Source: the human T2T-CHM13v2.0 reference genome, Homo sapiens. Taken from it: a stretch of DNA of 64,000 nt. The DNA lies in NCBI RefSeq assembly GCF_009914755.1, contig NC_060932.1; one strand, written 5' to 3'. The translations under genes were made by a program, and so were the position numbers. Of this stretch, positions 15,008 to 25,297 are shown one piece after another. Within the stretch, counting starts at the first letter, position 1. Each line of letters begins with the position of its first letter. The notes under the pieces are model-generated. The model saw only the letters and a list, made by a program, of their open reading frames with translations. It was not told where the DNA came from and did no database searches.

Positions 15008-16179
15008 GACCTAGAACCCTGTGGGAAATAGATTGCCCACCATTAGAAGTGGATTGGCCATCAGAAGGAAGCCTGGACAGGTCCCTTGTTTCTGAGGTGT
15101 GGCACAAGGTAACTGGTAAAGGATAGCTAGACTAGTTCCCATAAATAGACACTTGGTGACGGCTGGTGCTAGACCCCCCACAGTGGCTGAGAGGGCAGGC
15201 AGCAACAATACTAGTACCAAAGGGACAGATGGCTAAGGAAGGATCCCGCTCCACCCGCCCAGGGAAATCAACTCCTCAAGTTCTGTTCGACCCAACATCA
15301 AAAGATCCATTGCAGGAGATGGCACCAGTGATCCCAGTGGTGCCCTCCCCTTACCAGGGAAAGAGGCTCCCCACTCTTGAGCCCTCAGTGCTTGCGCCTC
15401 CACAAGACAAGCATATCCCCAGGCCACCCAGAATAGACAAGAGAGGAGGTGAAGACTCGGGAGGAACCCCTCCCTTGGCAGCTCGTTTATGGCCCAAAAT
15501 GGGGATCCAAATGCCCCTGAGAGAGCAGTGGTATACTGGGATAGATGAGGATGGGCACATGGTGGGGAGGCGTGTTTTGGGGTACCAGCCCTTGAGCTCT
15601 GCCGACCTTCTCAACTGGAAAAACAATAGCCTGTCCTATACCGAAAAGCCACAAGGTCTAATTGATTTGCTCCAAACTAATATCTGAACACACAACCCCA
15701 CCTGGGCTGATTGCCACCAGTTGCTCATGTTCCTCTTTAACACAGATGAAAGGCGGAGAGTGCTCCAAGCAGCAACTAAGTGGCTAGAGGAACATGCACC
15801 AGCTGATTACCAAAACCCCCAAGAGTATGGAAGGACCCAGTTACCTGGAACCGACCCCCAGGGGGACCCACATGAAAGAGAGGATATGCAAAGGCGAAAC
15901 CAAGAGAGAGAAACTCTCTTGGAAGGATTACAGAGGGGAGCTCAGAAGGCCACAAATGTTAACAAGCTCTCTGAGGTCATTCAGGGAAAAGAAGAAAGTC
16001 CAGCACAATTTTAGGAGAGACTGTGTGAGGCCTATGGTATATATACTCCCTTTGATCCTGATAGCCCTGAAAATCAGCGCATGATTCACACGGCTTCAGT
16101 CCGTCAAAGCGCAGAAGACATGAGAAGAAAACTGCAGAAACAGGCTGGGCTTGCAGGGATGAATCCATCCCAATGATTA
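15001..16179 (+). pseudogene. HERV-E gag fragment (MA-CA), provirus 1; 5'-deleted and interrupted at its 3' end by provirus 2
   Basis: Colinear with 17307-18487; translations LDPPQWLRGQAA, SADLLNWKNN, VIQGKEESPAQF (major homology region); stops and frameshifts. Confidence 0.9.
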
Positions 16180-16672
16180 TATGGTATGAGGCCACCACTT
16201 CTCCTGTTGTCCTTCCCAGTTTCTCCCCAACCTCCCCTTTTCCCTAGTTTATAAGACAGGAGAAAAGGGAGAAAGCAAAAAGTTGGAAATAGAAGTAAGA
16301 TAAATAGCTAGATGACCTTGGCGCCACCTCCTGGCCCTGGTGTTTAAAATAATAATATTATTAACCCCTGACCAAAACTACTGGTGTTATCTGTAAATTC
16401 CAGACGTTGTATGAGAAAGCACTGTAAAACTTTTTGTTCTGTTAGCTGGTGTATGTAGCCCCCAGTCACGTTCCTCATGCTTACTTGATCTATTATGACG
16501 TTTTCACATAGAACCCTGAGAGTGGTAAGCCCTTAAAAGGGCTAGGAATTTCTTTTTCAGGGAGCTCAGCTCTTAAGACACGAGTGTGCTGACACTCTTG
16601 GCCAAATAAAAAAACCTCTTCCTTCTTTAATCCAGTGTCTGAGGAGTTTTGTCTGCGACTCGTCCTGCTACA
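16180..16672 (+). mobile_element. HERV-E 5' LTR (LTR2 family, LTR2C-like), provirus 2
   Basis: Starts TATGGTATGAGG and ends TGCTACA; CCCTTAAAAGGG TATA-like box, AATAAA at 16605; U3 differs from the provirus 1 LTR. Confidence 0.85.
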
Positions 16673-16677
16673 TTTCA

Positions 16678-16695
16678 TGGTTCCCTGACTGGGAA
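16678..16695 (+). promoter_or_regulatory. Primer-binding site complementary to the 3' end of tRNA-Glu (normal 18 nt)
   Basis: TGGTTCCCTGACTGGGAA, 5 nt after the LTR end; followed by viral leader with splice donors GAG|GTAACT (16701) and TTG|GTAAGA (16935). Confidence 0.9.
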
Positions 16696-17215
16696 GCGAG
16701 GTAACTGACGGAGAGTCGAGGCAGCCCCTTAGGCGGCTTAGGCCTGCCCTGTGGAGCATCCCTGCGGGGGACTCTGGCCAGCTAGAGCAACGCACATGCA
16801 GAGAGCACTGCCGGGTAGGCAATTGCCCGAGTGGAACGCCTCATCAGAGCAGTGTGTGGTAGGCCCCTGTGGAGGATCAACGCAGTGGCTGAACACCAGG
16901 AAGAGGCACTTGGAGTCTGGACATTTGAAACTTGGTAAGACTGGTCTTTGGAACTTGCCCACTCCATTTGAGTGGAAGCGTGGCCTGATCACCCATGGCG
17001 TGCCTGTACTGGCACTTTGGTTTTTGTTTTTGATTTGACTTGAATTGCTTGATACTTTGGTTTTGGTTTGACGTGGCTTGGATTTCTGGATACTCTGATT
17101 TTGGTTTTGATTCTGGTTTTGTGAAAACTGAAAAAGTGTGTGTGTGCCCTTTTTACCCATTCTTTGTTCTGTGGTGTGCGTGTGGTGTGAGCTTGGTGTT
17201 CTATCTCGAGGAAAC

Positions 17216-18824
17216 GTGGGTCAGACACAAAGTAAGCCTACTCCGCTAGGAACTATGTTGAAAAATTTTAAGAAGGGATTTAATGGAGACTATGGGGTTA
17301 CTATGACACCAGGGAAACTTAGAACTTTGTGTGAAATAGATTGCCCAGCTTTAGAAGTGGGTTGGCCATCAGAAGGAAGCCTGGACATGTCCCTTCTTTC
17401 TAAGGTATGGCACAAGGTAACTGTTAAGTCAGGACACTCAGACCAGTTTCCATACATAGACACTTGATTACAGCTGGTGCTAGACCCCCCACAGTGGCTG
17501 AGAGGGCAGGCAGCAGCAGTGCTAGTAGCAAAGGGACAGATAACCAAGGAAGGATCCCGCTCCACCTGCCCAGGGAAATCAACTCCGGAAATTCTGTTCA
17601 ACCCAACATCAGAAGATCCATTGCAGGAGATGGCACCAGTGATCCCAGTGGTGCCCTCCCCTTACCAGGGAGAGAGGCTCCCCACTTTTGAATCCACAGT
17701 GCTTGCGCCTCCGCAAGACAAACATATCCCTAGGCCACCCAGAGTAGACAAGAGAGGAGGTGAAGCCTCGGAAGAAACCCCTCCCTTGGCAGCTCGTTTA
17801 AGACCCAAAATGGGGATACACATGCCCCTGAGAGAGCACCAGTATACTGGGATAGATGAGGATGGGCACATGGTGGGGAGGCGTGTTTCTTTGTTCCAGC
17901 CCTTCACCTCTGCTGACCTTCTCAACTGGAAAAACAATACCCCGTCCTATACCGAAAAGCCACAAGCTCTGATTGATTTGCTCCAAACTATTATCCAGAC
18001 CCATAACCCCACCTGGGCTGATTGCCACCAGTTGCTCATATTCCTCTTTAACAGAGATGAAAGGCAGAGAGGGCTCCACGGAGCAACTAAGTTGCTAGAG
18101 GAACATGCACCGGCTGATTACCAAAACCCCCAAGAGTATGGAAAGACCCAGTTGCCAGGAACCAACCCCCAATGGGACTCAAATGAAAGAGAGGATATGC
18201 AAAGGCTAAGCTGAGACAGGGAAGCTCTCTTGGAAGGATTACAGAGGGGAGCCCAGAAGGCCAACAAACGTTAACAAGGTCTCTGAGGTCATTCAGGGAA
18301 AAGAAGAAAGTCCAGCACAATTCTAGGAGAGACTGTGTGAGGCCTATTGTATGTATACTCCCTTTGGTCCCGATAGCCCTGAAAATCAATGCATGATTCA
18401 CATGGCTTTAGTTAGTTAAAGCGCAGAAGACATGAGAAGAAAACTGCAGAAACAGGCTGGGTTTGCAGGGATGAACACATCACAGTTATTAGAAATAGCT
18501 AACCAGGTGTTTGTAAACAGGGACACAGTAAGTCATAAGGAAAACCGCAGAGAGAATGAATGTCAGGTCCGGCAAAACGCCGACCTGTTAGCTGCAGCAA
18601 TCAGAGGGGTCCCCCCAAAGAGGCAAGGGAAGGGGGGCCCCGGGAAAGAAACTCAGCCTGGCTGTCAGAGATTGCAGCTTAATCAGTGTGCTGATTGTAA
18701 AGAAATAGGACATTGGAAGAACAAATGCCCTCAGCTGAAAAGAAAACCAGGTGACTCAGAGCAGGAGGCCCTGGACAAGGAGGAAGGGGTCCTGCTCAAC
18801 CTGGCAGAAGGTTTATTGGACTGA
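17216..18824 (+). pseudogene. HERV-E gag (defective), provirus 2
   Basis: Start codon mutated to GTG (xGQTQSKPTPLGTMLKNFKKGF); CA region; NC zinc knuckle CADCKEIGHWKNKC; internal stops (17465, 18212, 18324) and a frameshift; ends at TGA 18822-18824. Confidence 0.9.
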
Positions 18825-21178
18825 GGGAGACTGGGCTCAAGTGTCCCCAAAGACTCGCTGGTCAGAATGACAGTTGGGGGTAGAGACATTGATTTTCTTG
18901 TAGATACCGGTGCTGAACATTCGCTTGTAACCGCTCCAGTCGCCCCCTTATCCAAAAAGTCTATTGACATCATCAGAGCCATGGGGATTTCAGCAAAGCA
19001 AGCTTTCTGCTTGCCTCGGACTTGTGCTGTAGGAGGACATAAAGTGATTCAGCAGTTTTTGTCCACGCCTGACTGTCCCTTGCACTTGTTGGGAAGAGAC
19101 TTGCTTAGCAAGCTGAGAGCCACTATCTCTTTTACAGAGCACAGGTCTTTGCTGCTAAAGTTACCCAGAATGGGAGCCATTATGACCCTTACTGTCCCCC
19201 GACAGGAGGAATGGAGACTTTTCTTAACTGAGCCGGGCCAAGAGAGAAGACCAGCTCTGCTTAAGCGGTGGCCAAGAGTATGGGTGGGACACAACCCTCC
19301 AGGGTTGGCAGTCAACCCAGCCCCCATACTCATAGAAGTTAAGCCTGGGGCCCAGCTGGTTACGCAAAAACAGGACCCGATCCCCAGAGAAGCTCTTCAA
19401 GGTATCCAGGTCCGTCTCAATCACCTAAAAACTTTTGGAATTAGAGTTCCTTGTCAGTCTCCACGGAACACTCCCCTCCTGCCTGTTCCCAAGCCAGGGA
19501 CCAAGGACTACAGGCCGGTACAGGATTTGTGCTTACTTCTTCAAGCTACACTGACTTTACATCCAACAGTACCTAACCCATCCACAGTGTTGGGGTTACT
19601 GCCAGCTAAGGACAGCTGGTTCACCTGTTTGGACCGGAAAGATGCTTTCTTTCATATCAGATTAGCCCCTGAGAGCCAGAAGCTGTTTGCCTTTCAGCGG
19701 AAAGATCCAGAGTCAGGTGTGACTACTCAGTACACTTGCACCCGGCTTCCGCAAGGGCTCAAGAACTCTGCCATCATCTTCGGGTATGCGTTGGCTCGCG
19801 ACCTCCAGAAATTTCCCACCACAGACGTAGACTGCATGTGGCTCCAGTAGATTGATGCCCTTTTGCTGGGACACCCCATGGCAGTCAGGTGCACCAAGGG
19901 AACAGATGCCCTACACCGGCACCTGGTGGACTGTGGGTAGAAGGTGTCCAAGAAGAAAGCTCAGATCTGCTGACAGCAGGTACATTACTGGGGATTTACT
20001 ATCTGACAGGGGGAACACAGCCTGGGATCAGAAAGAAAGCAGGTCATTTGCAATCTACCGAAGCCTAAGAGCAGAAGGGAGGTGAGAGAATTCTTAGGAG
20101 CTGTGGGGTTTTGTAGACTGTGGATCCCAAACTTTGCAGTATTAGCCAAGCCTTTGTATGGGGTCACAAAGTGGGCAGGTACCAGGAACCTTTGGAATAG
20201 GGATCCCTACAATGGCAAGCCTTTCATGACCTAAAGGAAAAACTTATGTCAGCCCCAGCCCTGGGGCTACCCGATCTGACAAAGCCTTTTCCATTGTATG
20301 TGTCAGAGAGAGAAAAGATGGCAGCTGGACTTTTCACCCAAACTGTGAGGCCCTGGCTGAGGCTGGTGGCCTACCTCTCTAAACAACTAGACGGGGTTTC
20401 TAAAGGATGGCCCCCGTGTTTGAGGGCCTTGGCAGCAACTGCCCTGCTAGTACCAGAAGCAGATAAGCTGACTCTTGGGCAAAACCTGAACATAAAGGCC
20501 CCCCATGCTGTGGTGACTTTAATGGATACTAAAGGACATCATTGGCTAACGAATGCCAGACTCACCAAGGACCAAACTTTGCTCTGTGAAAATCCCCGTA
20601 TAACCACTAAAGTTTGTAACACCCTACACCCCGCCACCTTGCTCCCCGTGTCAGAGAGCCCTGTCGAGCCTGATTGTGTAGAAATGTTGGACTCAATTGA
20701 CTCTAGCAGACCTGACCTCCGGGACCAGGCTTGGGCATCAGTAGACTGGGAGCCATACGTGGATGGGAGCAGCTTCTTCAACCCCCAAGGAGAGAGAGGT
20801 GCAGGGTATGCAGTGATAACTCTGGACACTGTTGTTGAAGCCGGATCGTTGCCCCAGGCCACTTCAGCCCAGAAAGCTGAACTCATTGCTTTCATTGGGC
20901 CTTAGAACTCAGTGAGGGTGAGACTGTCAACATTTACACTGATTCCCGGTATGTCTTTTTAACCCTTCAAGTGCATGGAGCGTGATAGAAAGAAAAGGGC
21001 CTATTGAACTCTGAGGGTAAAGACAGAAAATATCCACAAGAAATCTTGCAATGATTAGAAGCAGTATGGAAACCCCACAAGGTGGCAGTTAGGCATTGCA
21101 GAGGACACGAGCGAGCTTCCACCTTGATGGGTTTGGGGAATTCGCATGCTGACTCAGAGGCTCAAAAAGCAGCATCTG
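18825..21178 (+). pseudogene. HERV-E pro-pol (protease, RT, RNase H), defective and truncated before integrase
   Basis: FLVDTGA aspartic protease motif; RT motifs YRPVQDL and LPQG; YVDD site destroyed (CAG TAG ATT GAT GCC, ~19845-19859); RNase H YVDGSS and SAQKAELIA; homology stops abruptly at ~21178 with no integrase, env or 3' LTR. Confidence 0.9.
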
Positions 21179-22069
21179 TTCAGAGGTACCTTAAACCAAG
21201 TCCAAAGTTTGATGTTCCTTGGTCCACCCAGGCAATGAGAACTTTAGCTGATATCCCCCAGAAGGACTGGTATATATCTGGTTTACCTTTACTCTAGAGT
21301 TGTGACCTTTTGCAATCCTAGCCTCTTGTAGGGGAAATTTCCTATTCAACTTCCCAACTTTCATGGGCTTAAATATTTATTTCCGTCTGGCGTCATCCAT
21401 GAGACTGTCAAAGGAAAGTCTAAATTTGTCAGGATCAAAAAGTGCCATCAAGGCAACAATGATTTCCAAATTCTGTTTACATCTCTCAGTTCCTATTTAC
21501 GTTTCAATTTTGGCCGAATAATTCAGTACTTACGTGGGTAAATCCCCAAACTCCTTCCCGTGGCTGAGCCCTTTCCGGTCACATCTCTGAGCTCTGACTC
21601 CATCCTTCCTTAGGCCTGAGCTGCCTGCCACCTCCCAGGCCCCCACTTCTGCCCCCACAGCCAGGAGACTGCCACCAGCCACCCGAGGCCACCCTCTTGG
21701 CTCTATCTGCAGCCATGTCTGGCCCGGGCGTCTCTGAGAAGCTCCCAGGCTGGGGCCAATGGGCATGCAGGCAGCGTCATGGGGACACCGTGGGGAGACA
21801 GAGGGTGCCAAGGAGTGGGAGATGAAAACAGGAAGGTGGAGGTGATAAGGAGAGAGTTTCAAGGGAACTATAACTTATTTTTAAAAATACCAAGGCTTGG
21901 GGAAATCCCGGCCTAAAGAATAGCAGTGCCTGGTCATCAGGATCAAAGCAAAGCTGAAACACCCCTTGGCACAGAGCCGGGAAGAAGAGGCAGCTGTGTG
22001 CTGTTGGGAGTGGCTCCTCCAAGAGGTGGGACCATTCGTTCATTCAATCCAACATTGATCGAGGTCTTA

Positions 22070-22375
22070 TTTTTTTTTTATTTTTTTATTTTTGAGACGG
22101 AATCTTGCTCTGTCACCCAGGATGGACGGCAGTGGCGTCATCTCCGCTCACTGCAAGCTCCACCTCCTGGGTTCATGCCATTCTCCTCCCTCAGCCTCCT
22201 GAGTAGCTAGGACCACAGGTGCCCGCCACCATGCCTGGCTAATTTTTTTGTATTTTTACTAGAGACGGGGTTTCATCATGTTAGACACGATGGTCTCGAT
22301 CTCCTGACCTTGTGATCTGCCTGCCTCGGCCTCCCAAAATGCTGGGATTACAGGAGTGAGCCACCGAGCCTGGCT
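22070..22375 (-). mobile_element. Alu (AluY/Sc-like)
   Basis: CTGCAAGCTCCACCTCCTGGGTTCATGCCATTCTC and GGTCTCGATCTCCTGACCTTGTGATC are diagnostic of younger Alus. Confidence 0.9.
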
Positions 22376-22705
22376 TCAAGGGCCTATTTTTTTTAGGTTT
22401 TGCACAAGCACAAATCTGGCAGGTCCCCCTGGGCCATGGCACCTGGCGAGTACCCAGGTTTATTTTTCCTGGGCATCCCAGGCACACTGCTGCCTCCACA
22501 CCTTCGTACTCACTTTTCCTCTGCCTGGAGGGCACTTTCAGTTATATCTACACATACCACTCCTTTCCTCCTCTTCTTTAGTAAAATGTCACCTTCCCTG
22601 CCCATTCTACTTAAAATTGCAGTGACACCCCACCCCCCCGTCTCCATATCTATCTTCCCAGTCCTGTCCCTAACATTTGGAAAGCCTGGAAATAGATTAA
22701 AAATG

Positions 22706-23022
<317 letters not shown>

Positions 23023-23399
23023 TTACCCCCTTTCTCTTCCCACACCCATTTTCATCCTGCACCTCAGTCATACAAGTGAACATCCCAGCTACATCCCCAG
23101 GAAACAGTCACCTCTTGACTGTACTTTTGGCTTACAGGTACATTCCACTCTCTCAGGGTCAGACCTATGGGAACACAAACAAGCCCCGAACATGGGTTCA
23201 GTGCCATTTGAGCAGGAACTCTTGAGGTCTTGGATAACCAGAGTGAAACCTAGAGAAGGATCTTGGGCTCCCAGGGGCCACATCCCCTTGTCCTGGCAGA
23301 CTCTTTGCCCTGGAGGGGCTTAGAGAAGGGTGGAGCTTGGGGAAAGGGACCCTCTTACCCAGGTCTAAGGATAGGACTGTCCCTTCCACTTTATTTTTC

Positions 23400-23590
23400 C
23401 CCAAACACTCAACACCGTCGAACATACTATATATTTTAAGTATTTACTTTGTTTATTGTCTGAATGCCTCCAGTAAAATGTAAGTCCCATAGAAGGCAAG
23501 GATTTCTGTTTTGTTCACTATTATACTCTCTAAACTTAGTATCTGGCACATAGTAGGTGCTCAATCAATATTTGTTGAATAAATAATGGA
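23400..23590 (+). mobile_element. L2 3' end
   Basis: GGCACATAGTAGGTGCTCAATCAATATTTGTTGAATAAATA is the typical L2 terminus. Confidence 0.7.
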
Positions 23591-23776
23591 TTACCAGGTT
23601 TGAGGTTCCAGGATAGAAGATAGGCTAGAGGCACCTAGTCTTCATAAAACTCCTTTGTTCTGCAGAGCGCTTCTGGCAAGAAGAATGTTAGGTGCATGGT
23701 GCAAAACCCCATCTTTTCAAATCTGCAAACCCTAGAGAGGAATCTATGCATTCTGCTCATTTAGAAGATAGCAGCA

Positions 23777-25297
23777 CCCAGGCACGGTGGCTCATGCTTG
23801 TAATCCCAGCACTTCGGGTGGCCGAGGCAGGCAGATTGCTTGAGTTCAGGAGTTCAAGACCAGCCTGGGCAGCACAGCTAAACCCCATCTCTAGAAAAAG
23901 TAAAAAATTAGCTACGCCTGAGGGTGCCATGTGTACCAATCAAGTGGAGAGTTCAGATGCATAAACCAATAGCCAAATATAAGACAATAAGTACCGAAAT
24001 TAAAGTGTGGTCAAGGTATCATCGACAACCAGGTGAGAGGACAGTAAACGCTGCCTGTCTGAGTCACAGAGACCTCCAGGGCGGAGTGACATGGGCTGCA
24101 CTTTGACGGATGGGTAGGAGCTTCCGCTTTCGAGAAGCTCAGTAACCGGCTGCAGAGGCGTAACTTCTCCACACTAAAAGGTGGTTAGTACACGTAGTCC
24201 ATGTATGTAAAATACATATATGTATTTGCACAGAAAAATGTTTTTAAGTCTAAGTAATACATTAATTAAAAATTAATAATAGGGGCACAGCGCAGTGGCT
24301 CATGACGGGAATCCCAGCACTTTGGGAGGCCAAGGAAGGCAGATTGTTTGAGGCCAGCAGTTCAAGACCAGCCTGGCCAATATGGCCAGACCCTGTCTCT
24401 ACAAGTATATATACATAAAATAGTTAAATCAGAATAGTGGAATAATTCAGGAAAGTGGGTGATACTTTTTCTTTACACTTTTTGTGTATAGAAGAGCACA
24501 TATAATTAGAAAACATTAAGATAATAATACCCCACATCTACACATCCAATATGAACATTTGTGTGGATCTCAGGAGGGCTGGGGGAGATGCCTTCCAGGC
24601 ACCACGGATGGTGTGGAGGTGGGAAACCGTGGAGATATTTCAGAGGGACAGTGAGCCCCTCTGGCTGAGTAAAAAGTAGATGGAGTCGGCCAGGCGCAGT
24701 GGCTCACACCTGTAATCCTAGCACTTTGGGAGGCCAAGGCGGGTGGATCGTGAGGTCAGGAGTTCGGGACCAGCCTGGCCAATATGGTGAAACCCCATCA
24801 CTACTAAAAATACAAAAATTAGCCAGGCACGGTGGTGTGTGCCTGTAGTCCCAGTTACTTGGGAGGCTGAGGCAGAAGAATCTCTTGAACCCAGGAGAGA
24901 GGTTGCAGTGAGCCGAGATCGTGCCACTGCACTCCAGCCTGGGTAACAAAGCAAGACTCCATCTCAAAAATAAAAAAGTAGCTGGAGTTGAGGGTAGAAG
25001 AGGAGGCCAGTCTTGGTGGCTCACGACTGTAATCCCAGTACTTCAGGAGGCCAAAGCAGGAGGATCACTTGAGGCAGGAATTTGAGACCAGCCTGGACAA
25101 TATAGTGAGACCTTCGTCTCTGCAAAAATTCAAAACTTGGCTGGGCAGGTGGCACTGGCTTGTCCCAGCTTCGCCAGAGGTTGAGGTGGATCACTTGAGC
25201 TCAGGAGTTCGAGGTTGCAGTGAGTTATAATCGCCCCACTGCACTCCAGCCTGGGTGACAGAGTGAGACTTGTCTCTAAAAAAAATAAATAAATAAA
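23777..25297 (+). mobile_element. Cluster of sense Alu monomers and dimers (~23777-23915, ~24282-24405, ~24688-24980, ~25005-25297)
   Basis: Alu consensus segments separated by unique DNA. Confidence 0.85.

Noticed and set aside
18867-20905. 327-aa and 219-aa ORFs as a functional retroviral protease/RT or domesticated gene
   Set aside because: The RT catalytic YVDD is replaced by stop-IDA, several other stops and frameshifts are present, and integrase and env are missing.
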